From: Verrucomicrobiia bacterium
Lineage (GTDB): Bacteria > Verrucomicrobiota > Verrucomicrobiia > Limisphaerales > UBA1319
Direction of reading: 5' to 3'
Length of the DNA stretch: 64,000 bases
Assembly (NCBI GenBank): GCA_963664225.1
Contig: OY760937.1
Location: 1,216,001 to 1,280,000, forward strand
The notes beneath the pieces were generated by a model, which saw only the letters and a list, made by a program, of their open reading frames with translations, searched no databases and was not told the origin of the DNA. Position 1 is the stretch's first letter. Each line of letters begins with the position of its first letter. Positions 21,567 through 32,631 of the stretch are shown in pieces. The translations under genes and the position numbers were made by a program.

Positions 21567-21650
21567 CGGCCATCGCATCGCAGAAGCGCTGGAAGTCGGC
21601 CATCCCCTCGAAATTCAAATTCCCGCTGAATGCTCCCCCCATCTTCCGTG

Positions 21651-21751
21651 CAACCCGGAACGGGTTGTAATCATTCAGACCCGGGTTGCCCGCCGAGGGC
21701 TACCCGGGGTCCCACGTCCCTCAGAAGTCCAACGCTGTAGGCGTTGAATCA
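21651..21751. repeat. REP/BIME-like three-hairpin element
   Basis: CAACCCG-GAA-CGGGTTG, CCCGGGTTGCCC...GGGCTACCCGGG and CAACGC-TGTAG-GCGTTG; the outer hairpins are each followed by AATCA. Confidence 0.55.
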
Positions 21752-21821
21752 AATCCCATTCCCATCTGACTAGCGTTTATCAATTGTCAATTATCCATTC
21801 ATCATTCCCATTATCCATTCA

Positions 21822-22808
21822 TCAAGGAGCGTCCTGATCCAATTCCGAGGTTTTCATTTGAGCGGCCTCGAGCTTTATGTAATTAAGGAGGACGGGGGCA
21901 AGAATCATTCCCGTAATGCCCATGAGCCTTTCACCGACAATCAATCCAATAAGCGTGAGCCAGACCGGGTTGTTGATCCGTTCCCCAATGATTTTGCTGT
22001 TCAGAAAATACTCAAGTTTGTGAATCGTGATCAGGAAGGCCAGAGCCCAAAGAGCCAGGTTGGGGCTGACCGTGAAAGCGACACCGACGATGATTGAATT
22101 GCTGATCAAATTCCCGGCAATGGGTACCAATCCACAAAAGAACGTGGTGAGAATGACCAATGGGCCGAAAGGAAGGTGCGCGATCAGGATAAATATTGAG
22201 GTTAATCCGGTATTGATGGTGGAAATTGTTAATTGGGCGCCCATCACGGTTTCGAAGGATTCGTAAAGAGCGCGAAATCGATTGGCAATCTCGCTGGATG
22301 AGGCGGTATAAATATTGTTCTTGATCCGATAATTTCTACGGTTCAGATCCATCGCGGGACTTAGAAAAATGCTCACCGAGCCAACGATGCCGATAAGCAG
22401 AAATACGCATTGTTTTGCAGTCGCTTTGGCAAAGACAAAGATACTTAAGAACTGAAGCTCATTCTTCGCGTAATCCATGGTGAATGCCTTCAAGCTGATC
22501 ATATCCGTGAATGGAAGTTCCATTCCATGATCGCTGGCGAATTGGATGATCAAGGGAACTGCGGTGGCAAAAACCTTTGGCAACGTCTTTGCCGCATGAT
22601 CCACAAAATAAATCATCAGCGCGCCAACGATCGTAACGATGGCAATGTAGGCGCTGATGGTCAGCCACTTGTAACGCAATACCGTCAGTTTATTGAGGAC
22701 AAAGTAGCAAAACAGGGTGGTGATCAATAGCGTGCCCAACCCTCCCCATCCTGCGAGAACCAGAACTGCCCCGAGCAAAATATATGAGTTGCGCTTCGAC
22801 GATGTCAT
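21822..22808 (-). CDS. AI-2E family transporter
   Basis: Multi-TM; GLVPIAGNLISN and IHKLEYFLNSKIIG...GMILAP. Confidence 0.85.
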   Translation of the reverse strand: MTSSKRNSYILLGAVLVLAGWGGLGTLLITTLFCYFVLNKLTVLRYKWLTISAYIAIVTIVGALMIYFVDHAAKTLPKVFATAVPLIIQFASDHGMELPFTDMISLKAFTMDYAKNELQFLSIFVFAKATAKQCVFLLIGIVGSVSIFLSPAMDLNRRNYRIKNNIYTASSSEIANRFRALYESFETVMGAQLTISTINTGLTSIFILIAHLPFGPLVILTTFFCGLVPIAGNLISNSIIVGVAFTVSPNLALWALAFLITIHKLEYFLNSKIIGERINNPVWLTLIGLIVGERLMGITGMILAPVLLNYIKLEAAQMKTSELDQDAP

Positions 22809-22927
22809 TGCAGGCCGACTGTAGCATAGTGGCTTTGCAAAAACAATGAAATGTGGTCCGCTTGCAGGAATCAGGGACCGCCAGCGCACTGTAAGACGTT
22901 TGACATAAACAGTTAATGGGGTTTTGA

Positions 22928-24940
22928 TTACTCCTCTGACTGGCTTAGGCGCGCCAGGACGCTCAAGTCCTCCAGGGTTGTCGTGTCACCCTTGATTTCC
23001 GAGCCTGAGGCAATTTGCTTGAGCAGACGCCGCATAATCTTGCCGGACCGGGTCTTTGGCAGTGCTTCGGCAAATCGCATATCGTCAGGTTTGGCAAAGG
23101 CTCCGATTTCCCGGCTCACATGTTGACGCAATTCATCCCGAAGTTGTTGTGTCGCTTTAATGCCGGTTTTCAGCGTCACAAATGCGACTAAGGCTTGGCC
23201 TTTCAGATCGTCCGGTCTGCCGACAACGGCGGCTTCAGCTACTTTCTGGTTGCCCACCAGCGCGCTCTCGATTTCCGAGGTGCCGATCCGGTGACCGGCG
23301 ACATTGAGAACATCGTCGATGCGTCCCATGATCCAGAAATAACCGTCCTTGTCCCTGCGGCAGCCGTCCCCCGTGCAATATGCGTGGGCTACCTCATTCC
23401 AATACATCTCGCGGTATCTTTTTGGATCACCCCACAAACCGCGCAACATGCTTGGCCAGGGCTTTCGAATAACCAGTTTTCCACCTGTGTCAGCGGGCAC
23501 GGATTGCCCCTTGTCGTTCACGACATCGGGCAGGATTCCAAAGAAAGGTAGTGTGGCGGTGCCCGGTTTGGTGGGGATCGCGCCGGGCAGGGGTGAAATC
23601 ATGATGCTGCCGGTTTCTGTCTGCCACCACGTATCGACGATCGGGCAATGGCTCCCGCCAATGACCCGATGATACCACATCCAGGCCTCGGGATTGATCG
23701 GCTCGCCCACAGACCCCAGTAAACGCAGGGAGCTGAGATCATGTTTTGCAGGCCATTGTTCACCCCATTTCATGAAGGCGCGGATGGCCGTGGGAGCCGT
23801 GTAAAGTATCGTGACTCCATACTTTTCGATAATGCGCCAGAATCGATCGGGTTCGGGGAAATTGGGCGCCCCTTCATACATGAGCGTTGTCGCGCCGTTG
23901 GCCAGAGGCCCATAGACAACATAACTGTGCCCGGTCACCCAACCAATGTCCGCAGTACACCAGAAGAGGTCGGTGTCTTTGAGATCGAAAACGTATTTGG
24001 AGGTCATTTTTGCCCCCAACAGATAGCCTGCTGTGGTGTGAAAGACCCCCTTGGGTTTACCGGTGGAACCGCTGGTATAAAGAATAAAGAGCGGATCCTC
24101 ACTATTCATCTTTTCCGCCGGGCATTCCGCATTCACATATTCGAGTTCGCGATGCCACCATACATCCCGGCCTTCCTCGATATGGATTTCGTTGTAAGCC
24201 CGGCGCAATACAATGACCTTCTCAACGGATTTTCCCAGCAACCGGTCGTCTGCATCCGTCAATTTGAGGGCGTCATCCACATTCTTCTTGAGTTGCACAA
24301 TCGAGCCCCTCCGAAAACTCCCGTCCGCGGTGACGACGACACGGGCTGAACAGTCATGGACGCGATCAGCCACGGATTGAGCGCTGAAACCGCCAAAAAC
24401 AACCGAGTGAATCGCTCCAATGCGTGCGCAGGCCAGCATGGCGATCGCGGCCTCGGGAACCATGGGGAGATAGATGATGACGCGGTCGCCTTTCTTGACG
24501 TTATTTCGTTTGAGAACGTTGGCGAAACGGCAAACCTCGCGGTGCAACTGTTTATAGGTGATCACCCGTTGCTCACCCGGTTTGCTGACGGAGTCGGGTT
24601 CGCCTTCCCAGATAATGGCAGCCTTGTTCGCGGTGGCGGTATTCAGATGGCGATCCAGGCAATTGAAAGCGGCGTTCAACCGCCCACCATCAAACCAGCG
24701 CGCAAAGGGTTCTTTCCATTGGAGAACTTTGTTCCATGGCTTGCTCCACACCAACTCGGCTTTGGCATGACGTGCCCAGAATCGCTCCGGCTGTCGAATG
24801 GATTCCTGATACATCCGGCGGTATTGCTCCAACGATTGAATATGGGCCGCGGCGGAGAACGCTTTGGATGGCTTGAAGATCCGTTTTTCCTGGAGGACAG
24901 ACTCGATGCCGTGAAACTCGGGGTTATTTTGGTAACTCAT
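22928..24940 (-). CDS. acs: Acetyl-CoA synthetase
   Basis: [20 protein letters not shown] and [11 protein letters not shown]. Confidence 0.96.
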   Translation of the reverse strand: MSYQNNPEFHGIESVLQEKRIFKPSKAFSAAAHIQSLEQYRRMYQESIRQPERFWARHAKAELVWSKPWNKVLQWKEPFARWFDGGRLNAAFNCLDRHLNTATANKAAIIWEGEPDSVSKPGEQRVITYKQLHREVCRFANVLKRNNVKKGDRVIIYLPMVPEAAIAMLACARIGAIHSVVFGGFSAQSVADRVHDCSARVVVTADGSFRRGSIVQLKKNVDDALKLTDADDRLLGKSVEKVIVLRRAYNEIHIEEGRDVWWHRELEYVNAECPAEKMNSEDPLFILYTSGSTGKPKGVFHTTAGYLLGAKMTSKYVFDLKDTDLFWCTADIGWVTGHSYVVYGPLANGATTLMYEGAPNFPEPDRFWRIIEKYGVTILYTAPTAIRAFMKWGEQWPAKHDLSSLRLLGSVGEPINPEAWMWYHRVIGGSHCPIVDTWWQTETGSIMISPLPGAIPTKPGTATLPFFGILPDVVNDKGQSVPADTGGKLVIRKPWPSMLRGLWGDPKRYREMYWNEVAHAYCTGDGCRRDKDGYFWIMGRIDDVLNVAGHRIGTSEIESALVGNQKVAEAAVVGRPDDLKGQALVAFVTLKTGIKATQQLRDELRQHVSREIGAFAKPDDMRFAEALPKTRSGKIMRRLLKQIASGSEIKGDTTTLEDLSVLARLSQSEE

Positions 24941-25133
24941 ATCCGTGACATGCTTTGATTCCAAAAAACGCTAATGCAAGTAATAAGATAAACTACACTT
25001 AGTAATCGCATCCAATTTATAATTGTCAATGGACGCTTGCGGTGGAATTGGAGGCTGGGAATTTCCGCTTGCCGTTGTCTGGCTGCAAGGCCACATTGAA
25101 ATGAGTCGAGCATGTAGAGATTCAGAGCAAGAT

Positions 25134-26360
25134 ATGGCAAATTCAGCGTCAGAAGCGTCGTCCAAGATCAACCTCCGCCGTCCAGACATCATGGAAGCGG
25201 TGCAAGCCCAGGTGCTTTCGCATTACCGAAGCGAACTTGTGGATCGGATTCGCGCCAAGGGCCGTTTATTGGCAGCCAACGGTTTGACCGTGAAGCTGGC
25301 CAAGGAGTTCGGTTTTTGCTACGGGGTGGAGCGCGCCATCGATCTGGCCTATGCCGCTCGAAAAGTGTTCCCAGACCAGCCGATTTACATCCTGGGCGAG
25401 ATTATTCATAACCCCGAGGTGAACGATCAGATTCGAGGCATGGGGATTAAGTTCCTTTCCGGAAAGGAAAAAACAGCCGATTTGGAGGATTTGCATGAAG
25501 GCGACCTGGTCATTATTCCCGCCTTTGGCGCTGACATGGCGACGATGCAGAGACTTCAAGCCAAGGGTTGCCGGTTCGTCGATACGACTTGTGGGGATGT
25601 GATGAGCGTGTGGAAACGCGTGCGGCAGTATGCGGGTGATTCGTTTACGAGCATCATTCATGGCAAGGCATGGCACGAGGAAACCAAGGCGACCAGTTCG
25701 CGCGCGATAGCTCATGGTCGGGGGCGTTACCTGGTGGTCTTCACTCTTGAGGAAGCCGATTGCGTTTGCGATTACATCGTTCGCGGGGGGCAGAAGCAGA
25801 TGTTTTTGGACAAATTCAAAGGGGCTTATTCCCCTGGATTCGATCCCGACACGGATTTAAAGGCCATCGGCGTGGCCAATCAAACCACCATGTTGAGGGG
25901 CGAAACCGAGGAGGTTCAGCGCCGCCTGCGTGCCGCCATGATTGAGAGATTTGGGGCAGGGGAGCTTGCCCAGCATTTTCGCTCGTTCGACACGATTTGT
26001 GGCGCGACTCAGGATCGGCAGGATGCCCTCCAAAAGCTTTTGGCCGACCCTCTGGACCTGTTGATTGTGATCGGAGGGTATAACTCTTCGAATACCTCGC
26101 ACCTGGCCGAAATGGGCGAGGCCAAACTGCCAACCTATTTCATCAAGAACGCCTCCAAAATGGTGTCGGACGATTTGATCCAGCACTATAATTTGCATTT
26201 GCAGCAGGAAATCGAGACACGGGGATGGTTTCCCTCCAAGGAGATGATTGTCGGAATCACTGCTGGCGCCTCCTGTCCGAACAATTTGATTGAAGACGTC
26301 ATTCGCCGATTGTTCGAGCTGCGCAACGTGTCAGCACACGAGGTTTTGGAGAAGAACTAG
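25134..26360 (+). CDS. ispH: 4-hydroxy-3-methylbut-2-enyl diphosphate reductase
   Basis: FGFCYGVERA, IIHN, DTTC, QTT, TICGAT, SSN and TAGAS. Confidence 0.93.
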   Translation: MANSASEASSKINLRRPDIMEAVQAQVLSHYRSELVDRIRAKGRLLAANGLTVKLAKEFGFCYGVERAIDLAYAARKVFPDQPIYILGEIIHNPEVNDQIRGMGIKFLSGKEKTADLEDLHEGDLVIIPAFGADMATMQRLQAKGCRFVDTTCGDVMSVWKRVRQYAGDSFTSIIHGKAWHEETKATSSRAIAHGRGRYLVVFTLEEADCVCDYIVRGGQKQMFLDKFKGAYSPGFDPDTDLKAIGVANQTTMLRGETEEVQRRLRAAMIERFGAGELAQHFRSFDTICGATQDRQDALQKLLADPLDLLIVIGGYNSSNTSHLAEMGEAKLPTYFIKNASKMVSDDLIQHYNLHLQQEIETRGWFPSKEMIVGITAGASCPNNLIEDVIRRLFELRNVSAHEVLEKN

Positions 26361-26423
26361 CAGGCGACCATCGCGTAAAATGCGCGCATTCGGTTCCAAT
26401 AATTATTAATTAACAGGATAAAC

Positions 26424-27593
26424 ATGCCTTGCACCCGGGATCAGTTGGAAGCCGCCGAGAAAACGCGCCTTGCGCGATACGCGCAATTCAGCGCTGAGAC
26501 CAGGGGTCGGAAATATGAGGAACCTCCTGCCGATTGGCGCACGCATTACCAGCGGGATCGCGACCGGGTGATCCATTCGCGCGCATTTCGCCGTCTCGAA
26601 TATAAGACCCAGGTGTTTCTTAATGGCAGCGGAGATCATTTGCGCACGCGGCTCACGCACACGATGGAGGTCACAGCCATTGCGCGAAATATTGCCCGCG
26701 CGCTGGGTTTGAATGAGGACCTCACCGAGACGATCGCCCTGGCCCACGATTTGGGCCATTCGCCCTTTGGCCACAAGGGCGAGGACGCGCTCAACCGGTT
26801 GATGAAAACCCACGGGGGGTTTGAGCACAACCGCCAGAGTCTTCGCATCGTCGAGGAATTGGAGCAGAAGTATCCAGGATTTCCCGGCCTGAATTTGACC
26901 TGGGAAACGCGTGAAGGACTCATCAAGCACGACACGGCCTATGATCGGCCGGCCATTGAAAAGGATTTTGTCGCTCCCTGCGCTTCGTTGGAGGCCCAAG
27001 TGGCGAATCTGGCCGATGAAATTGCCTATTACAGTCATGATCTGGACGATGGGCTGGACGCGGGCTTCCTCGACGAAGCCAGGCTGCATGACGAAGTGCG
27101 AATTTGGCGGGATGCCGCCGATTCGGTGAAACGGGAATACGGCGATCTGCCGGAGGAATGCCGGCGGTATTTTATTATCCGCTGTGTCATTGATGGGCAG
27201 GTGCGGGATGTCGTTTATACTGCGGAGCGGCAGATTGCGGATGCGGGCATAAATTCCGCGGACGACGCCCGGCGGCAGCCGCAACCGTTGGTGCGTTACA
27301 GCCCGGAACGCGCGGAATTGAATTTGGAGCTGCGGCGCTACTTATATCGCAACCTGTATTACAACCCCGTGGTGCATGAGCCAAACATGCAGGCCGTGCG
27401 ATGTCTGGAGCAATTATTTGAGTATTATTTGGAGCATACTGGAGAAATGGGCGATTTTGCGCAGCAACGACTTGCAAAGGTGGGATTGCACCGGGCGGTG
27501 TGCGATTACATGGCCGGAATGACCGATCGCTACCTCATCATTGAGCATCAGCGTTTGCTGGGCGGCCTGGCCACCTCCAGGTCGCAACCGTAA
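26424..27593 (+). CDS. dgt: dGTP triphosphohydrolase (HD family)
   Basis: RDRDRVIHSRAFRRL.YKTQV, RTRLTH and HDLGHSPFGH. Confidence 0.92.
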   Translation: MPCTRDQLEAAEKTRLARYAQFSAETRGRKYEEPPADWRTHYQRDRDRVIHSRAFRRLEYKTQVFLNGSGDHLRTRLTHTMEVTAIARNIARALGLNEDLTETIALAHDLGHSPFGHKGEDALNRLMKTHGGFEHNRQSLRIVEELEQKYPGFPGLNLTWETREGLIKHDTAYDRPAIEKDFVAPCASLEAQVANLADEIAYYSHDLDDGLDAGFLDEARLHDEVRIWRDAADSVKREYGDLPEECRRYFIIRCVIDGQVRDVVYTAERQIADAGINSADDARRQPQPLVRYSPERAELNLELRRYLYRNLYYNPVVHEPNMQAVRCLEQLFEYYLEHTGEMGDFAQQRLAKVGLHRAVCDYMAGMTDRYLIIEHQRLLGGLATSRSQP

Positions 27594-27644
27594 ATGCGTG
27601 GAATTATCAGTTGCACTGGCTCGGTCCTATTTTATAGTTCCCCA

Positions 27645-27848
27645 ATGACGATGAGACGCAGAGTTGGATGGTTGATGCTGGCTTTAGGCCTGCCGCTGTT
27701 GGTTACGGGATGCGGCGGGTTTCACGGTTCGCAGGGAATTTCACCGGCTACCTTTCTGGCGCCGGGGGCGGTGGAGAACTCGCGTCCCGTGGTTTTGACG
27801 GTTCCGGAACCTCAGATGGCAGCCAATACCGCAAGTCCGATCCAATAA
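27645..27848 (+). CDS. Small putative lipoprotein
   Basis: Basic N-terminus, hydrophobic core and VTGC lipobox. Confidence 0.55.
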   Translation: MTMRRRVGWLMLALGLPLLVTGCGGFHGSQGISPATFLAPGAVENSRPVVLTVPEPQMAANTASPIQ

Positions 27849-27861
27849 CCTTTTCTTAATT

Positions 27862-29214
27862 ATGCGTTTTCCATTGGCCCTGACGGTCAAAATTGCCCGT
27901 CATATCATCAAACACAAACTTCTGCGCACGCCCAAATTCGCCTTGGTGCTGCAGTTGGAGCCGTTGCATACCTGCAATCTGACCTGTACCGGCTGCGGTC
28001 GCATTCGGGAATATTCCACCAGTTTGAAGGATGTCATGTCGCTGGAGGATTGCCTGGGCTCGGCGCAGGAATGCGATGCGCCCATGGTTTCAATATGCGG
28101 CGGCGAGCCTCTCATTTACCCCCAGATTGAGGCGCTGGTCGAAGGTATCCTTAATCAGGGGCGGATTGTTTACATCTGCACCAACGCCGTGTTCATGCGG
28201 CGCAAAATGCGCGATTATCTGGCCGCTGTTTATGGGCCGGATCAGGAGCCGTTGCTCAAGGATTTGCAGGCGGAACAGTTGATCACGGAGAAGGAGGCCG
28301 CCGAAATCCGCAAAGGTAAATCGGATGGCAAGCCCGTCATTCGTCCCTCGAAGTGGATGTATTGGAACGTCCATGTCGATGGCCTGGAATACACCCACGA
28401 CCTGATCGTCGAGCGGGAAGGGGTGTTCAAGGAATGTGTTGCCGCCGTGAAAATGGCCAGGAAACTTGGCTACCAGGTGGCCACCAACACGACGGTTTAC
28501 AGGGAAACGGACGTGCGGGAAATCGAGCAGATGTTCGAGTTTTTCTCCTGGCTCGGTGTCGATGGACATACGATTTCGCCCGGTTATGATTTTGATGCCG
28601 CCAAGCTGGACATGGCCAAAAGGCTGGGCAAAAATCCGGCTGACTTTTTCCTCACACGCGCCATGACCCATCAGAAGTTTGCTCAGATTCAGGAGTGGGG
28701 TCGGAAATTTACAATTTTTGGAACGCCGGTTTATCAGGAATTCTTGCAGGGCAAACGGGATTTGACCTGCACGGCCTGGGCCATTCCCACGCGCAATGTG
28801 CGCGGCTGGAAAGCCCCGTGCTATTTGATGACAGACGGGCACTACGCCTCCTACAAGGAGATGCTGACCCAGGTGAAGTGGGAAAAATACGGAGTCGTGG
28901 GCGGGGTCGCAAGGGATCCGCGATGCGAGAACTGCATGGTTCACTGCGGCTACGATCCCAGCGGCGCGTTGGGCACCAATTACCAGTCCGGCGATACATG
29001 GAAGAACATCCGATACAATTTCGGCGCGCGCCCCAAACCATTCGCTGAGGGTGGACAGGTCCAGGCCTTCAACGGTTTTTCAATCGGAAAGGGTCATCTG
29101 GCGCAAGCCAGGGCGGCAATCAAGCCGTCGGACGCTTCCGGGGGATGCTGCGGAACGGCGGACACGCAGGAGCGGAGCGCCTTGTTGAGCCAGATCGATA
29201 CCAGGAAGAAATAA
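27862..29214 (+). CDS. hpnH: Hopanoid radical SAM adenosyl-hopane synthase HpnH-like
   Basis: LEPLHTCNLTCTGCG, GGEPL and RDPRCENCMVHCGY. Confidence 0.8.
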   Translation: MRFPLALTVKIARHIIKHKLLRTPKFALVLQLEPLHTCNLTCTGCGRIREYSTSLKDVMSLEDCLGSAQECDAPMVSICGGEPLIYPQIEALVEGILNQGRIVYICTNAVFMRRKMRDYLAAVYGPDQEPLLKDLQAEQLITEKEAAEIRKGKSDGKPVIRPSKWMYWNVHVDGLEYTHDLIVEREGVFKECVAAVKMARKLGYQVATNTTVYRETDVREIEQMFEFFSWLGVDGHTISPGYDFDAAKLDMAKRLGKNPADFFLTRAMTHQKFAQIQEWGRKFTIFGTPVYQEFLQGKRDLTCTAWAIPTRNVRGWKAPCYLMTDGHYASYKEMLTQVKWEKYGVVGGVARDPRCENCMVHCGYDPSGALGTNYQSGDTWKNIRYNFGARPKPFAEGGQVQAFNGFSIGKGHLAQARAAIKPSDASGGCCGTADTQERSALLSQIDTRKK

Positions 29215-29256
29215 TTCCAGCAGGCATTAATCATTAGGCATTAGTCACTAATTAAC

Positions 29257-30690
29257 ATGAAATCGCTTTTTTTGAGTCCGCCTTCGTTTGATGGGTTTGA
29301 TGGCGGCGCCGGGTCTCGTTACCAGGCGCGGCGCGAGATCCGCTCGTTCTGGTACCCCACCTGGCTGGCCCAGCCCGCGGCCCTCGTGCCCGGCAGCAAG
29401 CTCATGGATTGCCCGCCGCATGACATCGACGTGCCGACCTGTCTGGCCGAGGCAAAGAATTACGATCAAATCATCATTCACACTTCCACGCCCTCGTTGA
29501 AGAACGATTGCAAGGTGGCCGAGGCGATCAAGGCCCAGAAACCTTCCACTCAAATAGGTTTTGTCGGAGCCCATGCCGCCGTGCTCCCGGTGGAAACCCT
29601 CAAGGCCTCTCCGGCCATCGATTGGGTCGGTCGCAAGGAGTTTGATTACACCTGCAAGGAAGTGTGCGAAGGCCGTCCGCTCTCCGAAGTTCGGGGCCTT
29701 TCCTACCATTCAGAGGGAAAGATTATCCATAATCCCGAGCGCGAGTTGATCGCAAATATGGATGACCTGCCCTGGGTGACCGATGTTTACAAGCGCGACC
29801 TCCAAATCGAAAAATATTCGATCGGCTATTTAAAGGATCCTTATCTGTCTTTTTACACGGGACGCGGCTGTCCTGCTCAGTGTATTTTCTGCCTCTGGCC
29901 CCAGACCATTGCCGGCCATAAATATCGGGTCCGCTCGCCGGAAAATGTCGCGGCGGAAATGGCGCACGCTCAGAAATTGTTTCCGCAGGTGAAGGAATTC
30001 TTTTTCGACGACGACACGTTCACCGCGAATCTGCCGCGCGCCCGCGAGATCGCCAAAAAACTCAAGCCATTGGGCATGACCTGGTCCTGCAACAGCCGGG
30101 CCAACGTCAATTACGAGACGCTCAAGTTGATGAAGGATTGCGGCCTGCGCCTCCTTCTGGTCGGTTATGAGTCTGGCAATCAGGATATCCTCAATCGCAT
30201 CAAAAAAGGCATTGATATCGAGGAAGCCCGCCAATTTACCAAACACTGCCGTGACTTGGGCATCATGATTCATGGCACGTTCATTCTTGGACTGCCCATC
30301 GAGACGCCGGAAACGATCGAGCAGACCATTCGATTTGCCATTGAGCTGGACGTCTTCAGCATCCAGGTCTCCCTGGCCGCGCCGTATCCGGGCACCGAGC
30401 TCTACGAGTTGGCGCGCCAGAATGGATGGTTTTCAAAGAAGGACAAGTCGGCCGTCATTCACAGCGACGGCATTCAGACCTCCGCGCTGGAGTATCCAGG
30501 GTTGAGCAAGGAGGAGATATTCGAAGCGGTTGAGAAGTTTTACAACCGTTTCTATTTCCGGCCGCGCCCCATTTTGCGGATCATCAAAACCATGCTTCAG
30601 GACAAGGGCGTTTGCGTGCGACGTCTGCGCGAGGGATACGAATTTTTTAAATTCATGGCCCAGCGCAAAAACGACCTGGCTTCCGCTTAA
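29257..30690 (+). CDS. hpnJ: Hopanoid-associated B12-binding radical SAM HpnJ
   Basis: PPSFDGFDGGAGSRYQARRE.RSFWYPTWLA and GRGCPAQCIFCLWPQT. Confidence 0.9.
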   Translation: MKSLFLSPPSFDGFDGGAGSRYQARREIRSFWYPTWLAQPAALVPGSKLMDCPPHDIDVPTCLAEAKNYDQIIIHTSTPSLKNDCKVAEAIKAQKPSTQIGFVGAHAAVLPVETLKASPAIDWVGRKEFDYTCKEVCEGRPLSEVRGLSYHSEGKIIHNPERELIANMDDLPWVTDVYKRDLQIEKYSIGYLKDPYLSFYTGRGCPAQCIFCLWPQTIAGHKYRVRSPENVAAEMAHAQKLFPQVKEFFFDDDTFTANLPRAREIAKKLKPLGMTWSCNSRANVNYETLKLMKDCGLRLLLVGYESGNQDILNRIKKGIDIEEARQFTKHCRDLGIMIHGTFILGLPIETPETIEQTIRFAIELDVFSIQVSLAAPYPGTELYELARQNGWFSKKDKSAVIHSDGIQTSALEYPGLSKEEIFEAVEKFYNRFYFRPRPILRIIKTMLQDKGVCVRRLREGYEFFKFMAQRKNDLASA

Positions 30691-30747
30691 GCCCTGCATG
30701 GAAGCGGATCATGATGGCAACGCACAACGGCATTGACCGCATTAACC

Positions 30748-31920
30748 ATGGCCATATCTAACCCACCCATGGAAACGCCTCTTGTCCAGAACGACAGGAA
30801 GTCCGAAGGCTTTCGGCCGGTCGCGCGTCCCCAAAAGGGCTTCATGAAATTGCTCGGTGAGGTGCTGCAGCATGGGGGGCCGGGTTATCTACAATTTGCC
30901 ATCACCAATATTTGCAATGCCCGCTGCGATTTCTGCAATTTTGCTGTCGATAAATTCGATCCCAAGGCACGCCGCAGTGTGACGTTGGCTCAGGCGCGCG
31001 ATGTGATCGATATCGCCGTGCGCAATCAGATCGGCTACATGCTTTTTGTGGGGGGGGAGCCGCTCGCGCACAAGGATTTGCCCGCCATGGTGCGCTACTG
31101 CGCCCAACAGGGCATATCCCCCATGGTCTGCACCAATGGCTCGCTGTGGAACGACGATAACATGCGCGAACTCGCCCGGTGCGGCCTGGCCAGTGTCATC
31201 ATGTCCATCGACTCCCACGAAGTCTCCCGGCACGAGGCCAACCGGGGCCTGCCTGATGTGTGCCGCAAAATCCAGCGCGCCAATACGGTGTTTCGGGAAT
31301 TGGGGATACAGACCACCGCCAGTGTCACCGTCAGTAAATTGATCGATGATTATCAAAAACTTCCTGGCTTTCTCCAAAGCCTCGGTTTTACGAGCTGCAC
31401 TTTCAGCTATCCGCTCACCACGCTCGAGTCCAGCTATTTAAGCTTCAGCGATTCCAAGCTGGTCAGTTATACCGCTGATGAACTCATTGCCGTCTTCGAT
31501 AAAATCAAGTCGATCAAGAAACACCAGAATTTCCAGATCGTGAACCCGTCGGAATCCCTTTCCGACATGCAGCGGCACTTGCGCAAGGAACCGGAGAAAT
31601 TCGGTTGCCTTGGAGGCCATAAATATTTCTATCTGGATTGGAACCTCAATTTGTACCGCTGCCATTATTGGAATAAACCGATGTGCAGCATTTATGAGTT
31701 TGACCAATCCAAACTCATCAGGGACGGCTGCACCAAATGCATGATCGATTGCTATCGCGATCCCAGTGTCATGCAATCCATCGCTGTCAACCTCAGTGAC
31801 GCTTACCATCACGTGAAGCGGGGCAGGCTCATCGCCGCCGCCGGGGATATTTTTAATCGTCGCAACGTGACCTCTCTCAAAGCCATTTGGGAGGAGCGTA
31901 AATGGATTCGCGAGGTTTGA
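30748..31920 (+). CDS. Radical SAM protein (SPASM/twitch-like C-terminus)
   Basis: CNARCDFC, GGEP and C-terminal C..G...C...CTKCMIDC. Confidence 0.85.
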   Translation: MAISNPPMETPLVQNDRKSEGFRPVARPQKGFMKLLGEVLQHGGPGYLQFAITNICNARCDFCNFAVDKFDPKARRSVTLAQARDVIDIAVRNQIGYMLFVGGEPLAHKDLPAMVRYCAQQGISPMVCTNGSLWNDDNMRELARCGLASVIMSIDSHEVSRHEANRGLPDVCRKIQRANTVFRELGIQTTASVTVSKLIDDYQKLPGFLQSLGFTSCTFSYPLTTLESSYLSFSDSKLVSYTADELIAVFDKIKSIKKHQNFQIVNPSESLSDMQRHLRKEPEKFGCLGGHKYFYLDWNLNLYRCHYWNKPMCSIYEFDQSKLIRDGCTKCMIDCYRDPSVMQSIAVNLSDAYHHVKRGRLIAAAGDIFNRRNVTSLKAIWEERKWIREV

Positions 31921-32292
31921 TCCCGGTTGTTCCTGACAGTCTTTGAAGTCTTCACCGCTGCGAGGCCGTGAGATCTCACTCCCCTCGATTCTTTGGTCCC
32001 CAGCGCAATGAAGCGCGCAATGCACCGCTTTTGCGCTTTTTTATGGAGGCGCAGCACAAAATTCATCTGCAATGGCGAAAAGGCCAATAAATCCATGGGT
32101 GTTCGTGAATGCTGCGGTTTCGCATTGTTCCCATGCGGGAAATGTCATCCCCTCTCCCTCGCCAGAGGGAAAGGGTGAGGGAGTTTTTATTCTTGAATCC
32201 AAGTTCCTCTGGTCATCTTGGATTGATTCAACGTATCCGTCAGGCGAAGTGGCTATAGGCAATGGCCGGGCTGAAGTGGTTAAATGGGGGGC

Positions 32293-32631
32293 GTGAAGCA
32301 CCGAACTGCATCCTCAAATCGATTTCCGCAAACCACATGTGAACAACGTGCCCAATGGATCCTTCGCTATCACCAGAGTGGATTGACGCGGCGCGCCTTT
32401 GCTTCTGAGTATGGCATCGGATTGTCCACATTGGGGAGGTGGCTCAGAGACCCGGTGCCCACCGCCGTGGAACCACCCGCACTGCCACGCCTGCAGGAAG
32501 TCCCTCTGGCTTCCCTGCTGGGAAATTCGCCTTGGGCTGCGGAAATCACCTTTGCCGACGGGACCGCGGTGCGCCTGACTGGGGACCTGGCCGACCGACT
32601 TTTGCAACCCTGGCTTGGGGCGCGTTCATGA
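32293..32631 (+). CDS. tnpA: IS66 accessory HTH protein
   Basis: SGLTRRAFASEYGIGLSTLGRW HTH; GTG start inferred. Confidence 0.8.
   Translation: MKHRTASSNRFPQTTCEQRAQWILRYHQSGLTRRAFASEYGIGLSTLGRWLRDPVPTAVEPPALPRLQEVPLASLLGNSPWAAEITFADGTAVRLTGDLADRLLQPWLGARS

Noticed and set aside
20827..21747. Several 80-170 aa ORFs on both strands
   Set aside because: They overlie the group II intron RNA and REP hairpins; no RT (YADD) or other protein motifs
21791..21826. ATTATCCATTCATCA direct repeat
   Set aside because: Two short AT-rich copies at a gene end; no evidence of function
32149..32181. CCCTCTCCCTC...GAGGGAAAGGGTGAGGG palindrome left of the IS66
   Set aside because: Looks like a degenerate copy of a common intergenic palindrome; it lies outside the IS boundaries and cannot be assigned
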